Positions 9,624-19,020 of a stretch of DNA of 43,565 nt are shown here, one piece after another. Under the pieces are notes generated by a model that saw only the letters and a program-made list of their open reading frames with translations, was not told the origin of the DNA and made no database searches. Position 1 is the stretch's first letter; every line of letters starts with the position of its first letter. This DNA is from Rhizobiaceae bacterium. GTDB lineage: Bacteria > Pseudomonadota > Alphaproteobacteria > Rhizobiales > Rhizobiaceae. The position numbers and the translations under genes are program-made. The DNA is taken from positions 1 through 43,565 of the forward strand of contig JALTNS010000339.1 of the NCBI GenBank assembly GCA_027000565.1, given 5' to 3'.

Positions 9624-11042
9624 ATGAACATCATTCCGATTATCTTGAGCGGTGGTTCTGGAACCCGTCTTTGGCCGCTGTCGAGGGAATCCAAGCCCAA
9701 ACAGTTTTTGAGTTTCGGTGGTGATCACTCGCTGATTCAGGATACGGCGCTGCGTTGTCAGGGGGAGATTTTTGATCCCCGGCCAATATTGGTCTGCGCT
9801 GAAAGCCACCGGTTTCTGATTGCCGAGGATATGCGGGATATCGATGTCGAGGCTGATATATTGCTCGAACCCTTGCGGCGAAATTCATGCGCGGCAATTG
9901 CAGCCGGTTGCCTGAGCGCCCTGCAACGCACCAGCGATGCGGTGGTACTGGTTTTGGCAGCGGATCATGCCATTCCTGACCAGCAGGCATTTGCCAATGC
10001 TGTATCCTCTGCCCTTGGGGATGCTGAAAATGGAAATCTGGTTACATTTGGAATTAAACCAACCAAACCCGCAACCGGATATGGCTATATCTTGCCGGGC
10101 CGATTGCTTGCAAAAGACGGTTGTTCAACGGTTAAGGCTTTTGTTGAAAAGCCCGACCGGGAAACCGCACTCGATTATCTTAAAGATGGATACCTGTGGA
10201 ACAGCGGGAATTTTCTGTTTCGCGCGCAATCGTTCATTGACGAGCTTGCCAGACTCGAACCTGAAATCCTCGCCGCGGTGCGCAAAGCCTACGAAAAGGC
10301 CGGGCGAGATCTTGACTTTTTGCGTCTGGATGCCGATGCCTTCAAACAATCACCATCTATCTCGGTAGATTATGCAGTGATGGAACGAACCGACAAAGCT
10401 GCTGTCTTTCCCGTCGATTACAAATGGTCAGATGTTGGCTCCTGGGAGGCCGTTTGGGAAGTCATGCCCAAATCCGACCAGGGAAACGTCACCATTGGCG
10501 ACGGTGAAATCGTCAACGGCACCAACAATCTGGTCCATTCGCGCGGAAAACTCACAACCCTTGTCGGCGTCGACAATATTGCGGTTGTCTCCACCCGGGA
10601 TGCGGTGTTGGTGACGTCGAAAGCAGAAGCAGAAAACGTCAAGAAACTGGTAATAAATCTGCAGAAAAACGGGCGCACCGAGGCCAATGAAGCCTTGCAG
10701 ATATTTCGTCCGTGGGGAAATTATGAATGCCTTGATATTGGTAATGGATATCAGGTCAAGCGTATAGTGGTAACACCCGGCGGGACTTTGTCCCTGCAAA
10801 AACACCGCCACCGGGCCGAACACTGGGTTGTGGTTCAGGGCAAGGCGGAAGTAACCATTGATGATAATATACAGATACTGGAACCAAACCAGTCGGTCTA
10901 TGTTCCTCTTGGATCGGTTCACAGACTGGCCAACCGTGAAGCCGAACCGGTTGTATTGATCGAAGTTCAAAGCGGCGATTATCTTGGAGAGGACGATATT
11001 ATCCGGCTTGAAGATGTTTATAATCGCGAAGCGGACGGTTAA
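9624..11042 (+). CDS. manC: Mannose-1-phosphate guanylyltransferase / mannose-6-phosphate isomerase
   Basis: N-terminal nucleotidyltransferase motif IILSGGSGTRLWPLSR. C-terminal cupin segment (RPWGNYE, HRHRAEHWVVVQG). The start was moved to the ATG at 9624 (MNIIPIIL); the track ORF opens at 9576. Confidence 0.9.
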   Translation: MNIIPIILSGGSGTRLWPLSRESKPKQFLSFGGDHSLIQDTALRCQGEIFDPRPILVCAESHRFLIAEDMRDIDVEADILLEPLRRNSCAAIAAGCLSALQRTSDAVVLVLAADHAIPDQQAFANAVSSALGDAENGNLVTFGIKPTKPATGYGYILPGRLLAKDGCSTVKAFVEKPDRETALDYLKDGYLWNSGNFLFRAQSFIDELARLEPEILAAVRKAYEKAGRDLDFLRLDADAFKQSPSISVDYAVMERTDKAAVFPVDYKWSDVGSWEAVWEVMPKSDQGNVTIGDGEIVNGTNNLVHSRGKLTTLVGVDNIAVVSTRDAVLVTSKAEAENVKKLVINLQKNGRTEANEALQIFRPWGNYECLDIGNGYQVKRIVVTPGGTLSLQKHRHRAEHWVVVQGKAEVTIDDNIQILEPNQSVYVPLGSVHRLANREAEPVVLIEVQSGDYLGEDDIIRLEDVYNREADG

Positions 11043-11067
11043 AGTCTGACCCCTAGCGCTTCATCAT

Positions 11068-11179
11068 TTGATGGAATCACTCTCGTATTAATTCGCGCAC
11101 GGCCTCCGCGGGGGCGGCGCACACGCGCCGGGCCGCCCTTGCGGCCAGACTGTTTCCGTATAAACGTGAAACAGCCTAA
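11068..11179. repeat. Modular intergenic repeat, short copy (modules A-B-C)
   Basis: Shares three blocks with 40604-40778. The blocks are GGAATC[A/G]CTCTCGT.TTAATTCGC.CACGGCC; TCCGCGGGG(G)CGGCGCAC..GC.CCGGGCCG; and CCAG.CTGTTTCC..ATAA(A)CGTGAAACAG.CTAA. It contains hairpins CGGCGC-acac-GCGCCG, GGCCGC-cctt-GCGGCC and CTGTTTC...GAAACAG (11150-11174). Confidence 0.8.
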
Positions 11180-11192
11180 TAACAAAATATGT

Positions 11193-11942
11193 TTAAAACG
11201 GCGTTGCCAGTCTTGAGGCCGATGCCGCAAGGCCAAGAGCCTCTTTCAGGTTTTGGGTCGCAACTTTGGCGCTTGATGTAAAGGCCACCACCACATCACC
11301 GCCAAACAGCCGCGGATCGCGACTTTTGCCTGCCCTGATATCGGCTATGCTGTAATTGGCCACCATTTTTTTGTCGCCAATCTGCCTGAAAACAAAAATC
11401 TTTTTCTCATCTGCCAGTTTTGAAAAGCCGCCTGCCAAAGCCACCGCCTGCAACAGGCTGGAATTGTTGGTGGTCGGGTAGAGGCCGGGTTTTCTGAATT
11501 CACCATCCATGGTCACACGACGACTGGAAGATTCTTTCAGGAATACGGTTATCTCGGGAGATTGCAGATATTTGGCGCCATATCTGGCCTGCAGTTCCTG
11601 CTGAATTTTCGCTATGGTTTTGCCCGCCACCTGCACCGTCCCGATCAGCGGCATTGATATGCGACCATTGGAATCAACTCTCACCGTGCGGTCCAGTTCA
11701 TCAACCTGGAATACATCCACTTCCAGCAGGTCATTTTCAGCAATAAGCTGATCAGCTCCATCACGGGTATTACTGGGCGGAGGAAGAAGGCTGACCACCT
11801 GCAAGTCACCCGCCCCGCCTGTCGTAGAACCAAGGGCAAGTGCACTTGAAGGGCCGGACGTGTTTGTGCAACCGGACAACAGGCCCGCCGACACAACCAG
11901 CAGAATCGATAATATCGACCACTTTGAATATTTCCGGTTCAT
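11193..11942 (-). CDS. Polysaccharide export outer-membrane lipoprotein (Wza/OPX family, short form)
   Basis: Lipobox LLSGC after a signal peptide. Poly_export-like segment (DLLEVDVFQVDELDRTVRVDSNGRISMPLIGTVQVAGKT) followed by an SLBB-like region. Confidence 0.8.
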   Translation of the reverse strand: MNRKYSKWSILSILLVVSAGLLSGCTNTSGPSSALALGSTTGGAGDLQVVSLLPPPSNTRDGADQLIAENDLLEVDVFQVDELDRTVRVDSNGRISMPLIGTVQVAGKTIAKIQQELQARYGAKYLQSPEITVFLKESSSRRVTMDGEFRKPGLYPTTNNSSLLQAVALAGGFSKLADEKKIFVFRQIGDKKMVANYSIADIRAGKSRDPRLFGGDVVVAFTSSAKVATQNLKEALGLAASASRLATPF

Positions 11943-12092
11943 GTGCCTCTTCGCCTCTTTATATCCCGGCTATAGGGAATAATATTGTCCAAAAATTGAA
12001 ACCCCGCATAGTTTCGCCAAACCACTGCCGGAAACTGGATTGTTTGTTCCAGCATTTTCTCTCTGCGTCGGTTTGACCACACGAATACGCAT

Positions 12093-12884
12093 CTATTCAA
12101 GCCCGATTCTCGCAAGGAAGCCCCTTTTTTTGGGAGCGGTGTTGGCCGTAACTTGCCTTGATTTCAATAACACCGGCATATTGTCAAGTATTCTCCGGGG
12201 GTTTTCCTGCACCATTCGCAACGCCGCCTGATCATCAAGCCTTGCAGCAATGGCATCCCGCGCACGGGAAAGACCCGGCGGACGGGATTGGGTATTGTGG
12301 GCATCGCTGGCGATGATATCAACCCGCCCTTCATCCAGCATGCGCTCTGACCAATATTGCGCTCTTTTACCAAAAGTCCCGGTAATTGAACCGGCCGTCA
12401 GTTGAATGACCAGTCCCATCTCATCAAGTTTGCACATGGTTTCATAGTTTTTTTCAATCCATGTTAATCGCTCGGGATGAGTGAGAACCGGTATGTAGCC
12501 GGCTTCCATGGTATTTTTGCACAGGTTTAAAATTCCCGGCGGTAAAACATGGTGCGGCGGTTCAAACAAAAAATAATTGCTGGTACCCAACACGGGTAAT
12601 GTACCCACGGCAAGTTTTGCAGAAATATCCGGGGCAATATGAATATCCCCACCGCGAACAAGTTTCAGGTCTATACCGTTTTCCACAAATGCTGTGGCCA
12701 GTTCGGACATGATCTGAGTAACTTCAGAGACATTGTTGTCATAAACACCCGGCATGAAATGCGGAGTACAAGCAATATGAGTGGTATTATCTGCAACCGC
12801 CATTCGCGCCATGGCAAGTGCCATGGCCAAATCTTTGGCACCATCGTCAATTCCCGGAAGAATATGGCTGTGTAAATCGATCAA
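12093..12884 (-). CDS. PHP-family Mn-dependent protein-tyrosine phosphatase (CpsB/YwqE type)
   Basis: N-terminus MIDLHSHILPGIDDGA and later THPER and ASDAH motifs, characteristic of CpsB/CapC-type phosphatases. Confidence 0.85.
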   Translation of the reverse strand: MIDLHSHILPGIDDGAKDLAMALAMARMAVADNTTHIACTPHFMPGVYDNNVSEVTQIMSELATAFVENGIDLKLVRGGDIHIAPDISAKLAVGTLPVLGTSNYFLFEPPHHVLPPGILNLCKNTMEAGYIPVLTHPERLTWIEKNYETMCKLDEMGLVIQLTAGSITGTFGKRAQYWSERMLDEGRVDIIASDAHNTQSRPPGLSRARDAIAARLDDQAALRMVQENPRRILDNMPVLLKSRQVTANTAPKKRGFLARIGLE

Positions 12885-13060
12885 TATTCACTCGCCAATC
12901 TGCAATTAACCCGTCGACACAAATCAACCAACCAAGGCTGATACGCAATTGTAGGAAAAATTTTACGCAGTAAGCAAATTCAGCCTGTTAATTCGCAGGT
13001 GTTCCGACCTCTTCCAATTCAGATCACAACATTCAAGATGCCACGCCAGTGAAGCAAGAA

Positions 13061-13582
13061 TTACTTGCTTACACCTTTGAAGAAATTTGTGGGAATAACG
13101 GTATTGTCACTATTGGTCGCAATAACGGCACCAGCAACAGCACCACCGACGACAAGACCTGCCATAACACTAAATCCTACACCACCGACAGCCTGTGTCG
13201 AAGAGCCCTCTTGCGGGGTTTCAGCAAGGCTGGAAACTCTCACACACAATTCGTCCGCGCCAGCTTTCGGTGCCAGAATGGACACTTCCGAATTTGCCGG
13301 AACATTCACTTTACAGGTGGCGCCAACCAGTAAATTGGCGGAACTGTTTGCGCCGACAGAAACCTGCGAGCCGGTAACAAGTTTTGCTCCTGCCTTGGCC
13401 TGGACATATCCGTTTTCACCCGAATAAAAAACATCGCCGGAAGTCTTAACAATTGTACCAACAATTGTATTCGAAGCCGCAAGGCCAGAGACGCACGAAC
13501 AAGGTGCCGACTGGGCCATTCCACCAAACGCCATGGAGGTATTAAGTGCTGCCGCAATCACTGCAATTGTAAGTTTGTTCAT
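13061..13582 (-). CDS. Hypothetical secreted protein with Gly/Ala-rich C-terminal hydrophobic anchor
   Basis: Signal peptide (MNKLTIAVIAAALNTSMAFGGMAQS). A beta-rich central part reminiscent of FecR-like domains. C-terminal VGGVGFSVMAGLVVGGAVAGAVIA segment. No recognisable catalytic motif. Confidence 0.55.
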   Translation of the reverse strand: MNKLTIAVIAAALNTSMAFGGMAQSAPCSCVSGLAASNTIVGTIVKTSGDVFYSGENGYVQAKAGAKLVTGSQVSVGANSSANLLVGATCKVNVPANSEVSILAPKAGADELCVRVSSLAETPQEGSSTQAVGGVGFSVMAGLVVGGAVAGAVIATNSDNTVIPTNFFKGVSK

Positions 13583-13756
13583 TGATGGCTCCTGATATCT
13601 TTATACATCTGCAAATATGGTAGGCATGTCATAACAGATCAATGTTGCGAATTAGTGAACATTCGATGTTATCACAAACCTGCCAATGTTATTATACTTC
13701 AATTCAATGATTCCAAGGCTTTACACATCGAATCACCAAAATTTAGTCGATTTCAG

Positions 13757-13773
13757 GTTAACAGCTTGTTAAC
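13757..13773. promoter_or_regulatory. Near-palindrome GTTAAC-AGCTT-GTTAAC in an AT-rich 277-bp leader
   Basis: Read directly from the sequence. A CCAATTGG palindrome follows at 13780-13787. It lies upstream of the 13061-13582 ORF on the minus strand. Confidence 0.25.
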
Positions 13774-13859
13774 AATTTACCAATTGGCAATCTGTTATCA
13801 ACACAATTCCAACCGTCCAAACTGCACTCGGCTTAACCATCCGACTAATACGGAAACAC

Positions 13860-15095
13860 CTATACTGACGTTACGGAATTTTCAAGGGCCAACCGTTCTT
13901 TAATGCGCAATTTTTCTGATTCTGATTTTAATTGCCCACAGGCCGCCAGAATATCCCGTCCCCGGGGCTTGCGGATCGGGGAGGCATACCCGCACTGGTT
14001 GATAAAATCGGCAAATTTTTCGATTTTTTCCCAATCGGAACATGCATAACCGGAGCCAGGCCACGGATTAAAGGGAATGAGATTTATCTTTGCCGGAATG
14101 CCCCTGAGAAGGGCCACGAGTTCCTTGGCATCCTCCAGACTGTCATTCACATCTTTAAGCATGACATATTCAAAGGTAATACGCCTGGCATTCGACAACC
14201 CTTCAAAATTCCGGCAGGCATCCAGCAATTCCCGCAACGGATATTTTTTGTTGATAGGCACCAATTCATCGCGCAATTCATCCCGTGTGGCATGCAGGGA
14301 AATTGCCAGCATCACACCAATTTCCTCACCTGTTCGCACGATCCCCGGCACAACGCCGGACGTTGACAAGGTGACACGGCGGCGTGACAATGCAAGTCCG
14401 TCTCCATCGATTGCAATCAACAGCGCTTTTTTGACATTGTCGAAATTATAAAGCGGTTCGCCCATCCCCATCATCACGATGTTGGAAACCTTTCGACCAT
14501 CAATATCCTTGTCCTGATTCGACCTTTGTACGGTTGATACGGCAAAATCACCGAGCCGGTCGCGCGCCACTATCAGCTGCATCAAGATCTCTTCAGCCGT
14601 GAGATTGCGCACCAGTTTTTGGGTGCCTGTATGGCAAAATGTGCAGTTCAGCGTACAACCAACCTGGCTGGATATGCATAATGTGCCACGATTTTCTTCC
14701 GGAATATAAACCGTTTCGACCTCAACCGCCTTTCCTTCACCACGCGAAGGAAAACGAAACAGCCACTTGCGTGTGCCGTCACTGGAAACCTGCTCCTCAA
14801 TAACCTCGGGTCTTTTTACCGAAAACCGCTCAGCCAGATCAGATCGCAACCCTTTGGCAATATTGTTCATCTCGCTAAAGTCAGTAACCCCGCGCACGTA
14901 AAGCCATTGCCAGATCTGGCTGACACGCATGCGCAATTGTTTTGCTGGAACACCCAGCTGTTCAAGAGCGGCAGAAAGCTCATCGCGGTCCATGCCGATT
15001 AAGTTCGGCTTTGCTGCGCTTTTGGCAGATCTGCCAGCGGAATCTACAGATTCTGCGGGATTTTTAAGATCGATTGAGACGGACATGATGCTCAC
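13860..15095 (-). CDS. rlmN: 23S rRNA (adenine2503-C2)/tRNA methyltransferase, radical SAM
   Basis: Radical-SAM [20 protein letters not shown] and C-terminal AACGQLK motifs. 411 aa with the N-terminal extension common in alphaproteobacteria. Confidence 0.95.
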   Translation of the reverse strand: MSIMSVSIDLKNPAESVDSAGRSAKSAAKPNLIGMDRDELSAALEQLGVPAKQLRMRVSQIWQWLYVRGVTDFSEMNNIAKGLRSDLAERFSVKRPEVIEEQVSSDGTRKWLFRFPSRGEGKAVEVETVYIPEENRGTLCISSQVGCTLNCTFCHTGTQKLVRNLTAEEILMQLIVARDRLGDFAVSTVQRSNQDKDIDGRKVSNIVMMGMGEPLYNFDNVKKALLIAIDGDGLALSRRRVTLSTSGVVPGIVRTGEEIGVMLAISLHATRDELRDELVPINKKYPLRELLDACRNFEGLSNARRITFEYVMLKDVNDSLEDAKELVALLRGIPAKINLIPFNPWPGSGYACSDWEKIEKFADFINQCGYASPIRKPRGRDILAACGQLKSESEKLRIKERLALENSVTSV

Positions 15096-15235
15096 CAGGA
15101 ATATTCAGCTGCTTCTATAGTCCTATTTACCAAAAAGGGTAACCGGAAAATGCAAACCACCAGGAAACACAAAACCCGGCAACACGCTGTCACCGGTTCA
15201 TCAGGCTTTCCGATATTGTATTGTTCAGACCCGGC

Positions 15236-15751
15236 TTATTTACACTTGCCGATTTCTTTAAGGGCAGCGGTAATCCCCGACAGCGAGAATTCATAGGACG
15301 TTACCGTTCCGCGCACTGATTTCCCCGAAACCTTCATCAACCGCCCGGCCCTCATGGCCCGAACTAGAGCCGGTTCCCGCGCGGCATTTTCAACCCAGGC
15401 ATTGTTACCCTTGGTGAACATTACAAACGATTTTCCGTCGATATTGACGGTTACTTTCGAACCCTCCTGCAACGGATAGCCAACTTCCACCTGTGGCTCG
15501 TAGGATACGTTCTGGCCCGGCTTCTGGCTTACCAGAAAAAATATGTCGCCATGGTCACGGTCGGCGGGCATTTTCTTGGTTGGTATCGAAAGCACGTAAC
15601 AAATCTTGCCACCGGCGCTTTTATAACTATAGGCTCCCCAGGCCTTGAATTCCTTGATTTTGGTAGGCGTTTGCGCCAGTGCGGCGCCCGAAAGCACTGC
15701 CCCAGCAACCATACCCGTTATGGAATATCTAACTGCTTTATTGAACTGCAT
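15236..15751 (-). CDS. Invasion-associated locus B (IalB) family periplasmic protein
   Basis: Signal peptide MQFNKAVRYSITGMVAGAVLSGAALAQ and a W..........C pattern (FKAWGAYSYKSAGGKICYVLS). About 170 aa, positioned next to rlmN as in many alphaproteobacteria. The track ORF extends to 15802; the start was chosen at the Met preceding the signal peptide. Confidence 0.6.
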   Translation of the reverse strand: MQFNKAVRYSITGMVAGAVLSGAALAQTPTKIKEFKAWGAYSYKSAGGKICYVLSIPTKKMPADRDHGDIFFLVSQKPGQNVSYEPQVEVGYPLQEGSKVTVNIDGKSFVMFTKGNNAWVENAAREPALVRAMRAGRLMKVSGKSVRGTVTSYEFSLSGITAALKEIGKCK

Positions 15752-16048
15752 TCTTCTCACCAGTCCCACCGGTTGTGATTGTGACATCGCGCAAGGCCCC
15801 ATTGATTGCCGAGCAACGGCGTATGTGGTCCAGAATTTGATTGACCCCGACCAATAACAATAATTGTGTGTTAATGTGCCTTAATATCCGTTACCAAATG
15901 ATGAACAGAATTACGAAAACTTGCATCATTCAGGCCCCGGAACCCACAAAAACCCACCGCGAATCTGCTAATTCAATAACTCGAAAAACGGCAGGAATTT
16001 GACCTTCACCGATGTGGGGGATCAAATATCCGAGAGAATTGCCAAAAC

Positions 16049-16618
16049 TCAAATTTTCCGGTTACGCAGTTTCGATCCGTCAATACGTTTGCCTCCGGCA
16101 TAATGTGGCTTGCCATCATGGTGCGGCTTCATCGGTTCCGCCGGGCCGCCTGCGCGCACCGGGCGTTCGGCAAACCGGCCAAGCGATTGCACCCGGTCAT
16201 ACATAATGATTGCCCCGGCGGTTGCCACATTGACGCAAAACAGGGTTGGAATCTTGACGATAAACTCACATTTATCCATCATTTCCGGCGACAGGGAACC
16301 GCCCTCGGGTCCCAGAATATAGGCCGCGCGCAACGGATGGCGGAAACTTGGCAGTTCAATTGCATCATCGACAAGCTCAATGCCAACCAGCCTGCAATCA
16401 TCAGGCAGACGCATTTCCGCGACACTGTTAAAGGTGTACCAGGGCATGTGGTCCTGACTACTGGTCGTATCAGAGGGTGGTCGGCCAATATATTTCCCGG
16501 GCGACACTGTAAACACAAAACTCGCGCCAAATCCGTAGGCCGTACGTGACAGGTTGCCAAAATTCATCGGCTTGGATATGCCCTCTACCCCAACGCCAAA
16601 GTAGCCGCGTGCTTTCAA
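16049..16618 (-). CDS. SpoU/TrmH-family RNA 2'-O-methyltransferase
   Basis: SPOUT knot motifs YILGPEGGSLSPEMM, VKIP and NVATAGAIIMYD. Confidence 0.8.
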   Translation of the reverse strand: MKARGYFGVGVEGISKPMNFGNLSRTAYGFGASFVFTVSPGKYIGRPPSDTTSSQDHMPWYTFNSVAEMRLPDDCRLVGIELVDDAIELPSFRHPLRAAYILGPEGGSLSPEMMDKCEFIVKIPTLFCVNVATAGAIIMYDRVQSLGRFAERPVRAGGPAEPMKPHHDGKPHYAGGKRIDGSKLRNRKI

Positions 16619-16741
16619 ACCTGAATCTCCAATTGATCACTATGATCAGCCGTGGTTGAATAATGGCAATGATCAAAAATGTCCAACCGGCAGAACTCCG
16701 GCCCAGCCATTGTGCGCCGCAAAATTGAACTGGTATCTTGA

Positions 16742-17716
16742 ATGAGAGCAATATTGTCCCATACACCCGGCCCGGCCCCAACGCTGGTACTGGAAGAAAT
16801 CGACAAACCGCAACCCGCCGCAGACGAGGTACTGGTGCGGGTCAACATTGCCGCCTTGAATTTTTTCGACAGCCTGATCATTGCCGACCTATATCAGTTC
16901 AAACCGCCAAGGCCTTTTTCTCCGGCCGCCGAAATGGCCGGTATTGTTGAAGCGGTGGGCGAAGATGTTTCCGGTTTCAAACCCGGAGACCGGGTCTGCG
17001 GTTATCATTCCGGCGGCTGCGCGCGGGAATATGTTACCATGCCACAGGCGGCACTTTCTCACATTCCTGATGGCGTCAGCGATGAACAGGCGGCCTCCAT
17101 CATGGTCACCTATGGCACCTCCTATCATGCGTTGAAAGACCGCGGGCAACTGCAAAAGGGCGAAACCCTTGCGGTGCTTGGGGCATCCGGTGGAGTTGGT
17201 CAGGCCGCCGTTGAACTTGGCAAACTCATGGGCGCACGGGTAATTGCTTGCGCATCCAGCGATGACAAACTGGAATTCTGCAAATCATGCGGCGCAGATG
17301 ATCTGGTAAACTATTCCCGCGATGACCTGAAATCGCGCCTGAAAGAACTGACAAGGGGTGCCGGCGTCGATGTGATTTACGATCCGGTTGGCGGCGCCTA
17401 TTCGGAAGCCGCATTTCGCGCCATTGGCTGGCTTGGACGTTTTTTGGTGATCGGATTCGCCATTGGTGACATTCCAAAAATTGCGCTTAACCTGCCGCTG
17501 TTAAAGTCCGCCGATATCCGGGGGGTGTTCTGGGGCGCATTTACCCAGCGCAATCCGAAAGGCAATCAGGCCAATATTGACGATCTGTTGGACTGGCTTG
17601 CGGACGGATCGCTGAAACCGCATATGGATTCGCTGTTCGCACTTGAAGACACCGGCCAGGCAATCGAAAAGATTGTCGCCCGCGATGTCAAAGGCAAGGT
17701 GCTGATCAAAATTTAA
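16742..17716 (+). CDS. NADPH:quinone oxidoreductase (MDR/zeta-crystallin family)
   Basis: GroES-like N-terminal domain and Rossmann motif LGASGGVGQAAVELGK. 324 aa. Confidence 0.85.
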   Translation: MRAILSHTPGPAPTLVLEEIDKPQPAADEVLVRVNIAALNFFDSLIIADLYQFKPPRPFSPAAEMAGIVEAVGEDVSGFKPGDRVCGYHSGGCAREYVTMPQAALSHIPDGVSDEQAASIMVTYGTSYHALKDRGQLQKGETLAVLGASGGVGQAAVELGKLMGARVIACASSDDKLEFCKSCGADDLVNYSRDDLKSRLKELTRGAGVDVIYDPVGGAYSEAAFRAIGWLGRFLVIGFAIGDIPKIALNLPLLKSADIRGVFWGAFTQRNPKGNQANIDDLLDWLADGSLKPHMDSLFALEDTGQAIEKIVARDVKGKVLIKI

Positions 17717-18120
17717 CCCGCTTCTTCATCCAGTTTTTCGCTGAGCGCTTCCCTTGCCGCCTCGCGGTGGGCATCGGTGATATTGGATCGAACAGCAGAA
17801 ATTGCAGCGGTCAACACCGCCACATCATCGCTGAAACCGACAAACATCAAAAAATCCGGCACAAAATCCAGCGGCAATATAAAATAGGCAAGAGCCGCCA
17901 GAAGGATGCCGCGCACCCGGGTCGGGGTTGCCGGGTCCATGGCACAATAATAGGCAGCTACCACTTCGTCCATCATCGGCACTTTGCTGGCAGCGCGACG
18001 CGCGGTTTTCCAGAAATTCTTACGCACATTCTGCTGGCGTTCCTGCCGCAGATCATCATCACCGGGCTCAAGGATTTCGCCAAAAACGACGCCTTCAGTT
18101 TTGATCGGTTTTTCCTCCAT
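17713..18120 (-). CDS. DUF1232 (YkvA-like) membrane protein
   Basis: YFILPLDFVPDFLMFVGFSDDVAV signature. Confidence 0.8.
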   Translation of the reverse strand: MEEKPIKTEGVVFGEILEPGDDDLRQERQQNVRKNFWKTARRAASKVPMMDEVVAAYYCAMDPATPTRVRGILLAALAYFILPLDFVPDFLMFVGFSDDVAVLTAAISAVRSNITDAHREAAREALSEKLDEEAG

Positions 18121-18232
18121 ATGCTAAAATATGGAGATTTTTACCGCCACATTCAAGTATCCCTTGTTAATCGAGTGGATTGAGATAATTCTGTTGTCAG
18201 ACCAATAATCAATAAATTGCAGGAGAAAATAC

Positions 18233-19018
18233 GTGAAACTGGGATCAGAAATTTCAGCCGTGGTAACCGGTGGCGCATCTGGTTTGGGTGAGGCAACCGC
18301 ACGCAAATTAGCAAATTCAGGTGTAAAAACCACCATATTTGACATGAACACCAAACGCGGCGAGTCCGTTGCCGCTGAGATTGGAGGCGTTTTTGCCCGG
18401 GTGGATGTCAGTGATCACGACAGTGTTGCAGATGGACTAAAAGCCGCCCGCGCCGCCCATGGTCAGGAGCATATTCTGGTAAATTGCGCCGGCATCGCCA
18501 TTGCCCGAAAAACCGTCTCTCGCGACCGCGAAACAGGAGAAGTGCGCGCCCACGATCTCGCTTCATTTTCCACCGTGGTAAAGGTCAACCTTATCGGCAC
18601 CTTCAATATGATTGCCCAGTGCTCTGCCGGCATGCTTGATGGCGAACCTGTTACCGCCGATGGTGAGCGCGGAGTGATTGTCAACACCGCCTCGGTGGCT
18701 GCTACCGATGGCCAGATCGGTCAGGCCGCCTATTCCGCCTCCAAGGGGGGTGTGCTTGGCATGACTTTACCGATAGCGCGCGATCTTTCGCGTGATGGCA
18801 TCCGGGTTTGCACAATTCTGCCGGGCCTGTTTCGCACTCCGATGATGGAAGGCTTGCCGCAGGAAGCCATGCAAAAACTCGGGGCCAGTGTGCCGTTTCC
18901 GGCGCGTCTTGGTGAACCATCGGAATATGCAGCCCTTGTTCAACATATTTGCGAAAACGCCATGCTGAATGGCGAAGCCATCAGGCTCGACGGCGCCATT
19001 CGCATGGCACCGAAATAA
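18233..19018 (+). CDS. SDR-family 3-hydroxyacyl-CoA dehydrogenase (type II HADH-like)
   Basis: TGGASGLG cofactor motif and catalytic YSASKGG (YxxxK). 261 aa. GTG start. Confidence 0.8.
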   Translation: MKLGSEISAVVTGGASGLGEATARKLANSGVKTTIFDMNTKRGESVAAEIGGVFARVDVSDHDSVADGLKAARAAHGQEHILVNCAGIAIARKTVSRDRETGEVRAHDLASFSTVVKVNLIGTFNMIAQCSAGMLDGEPVTADGERGVIVNTASVAATDGQIGQAAYSASKGGVLGMTLPIARDLSRDGIRVCTILPGLFRTPMMEGLPQEAMQKLGASVPFPARLGEPSEYAALVQHICENAMLNGEAIRLDGAIRMAPK

Positions 19019-19020
19019 AC

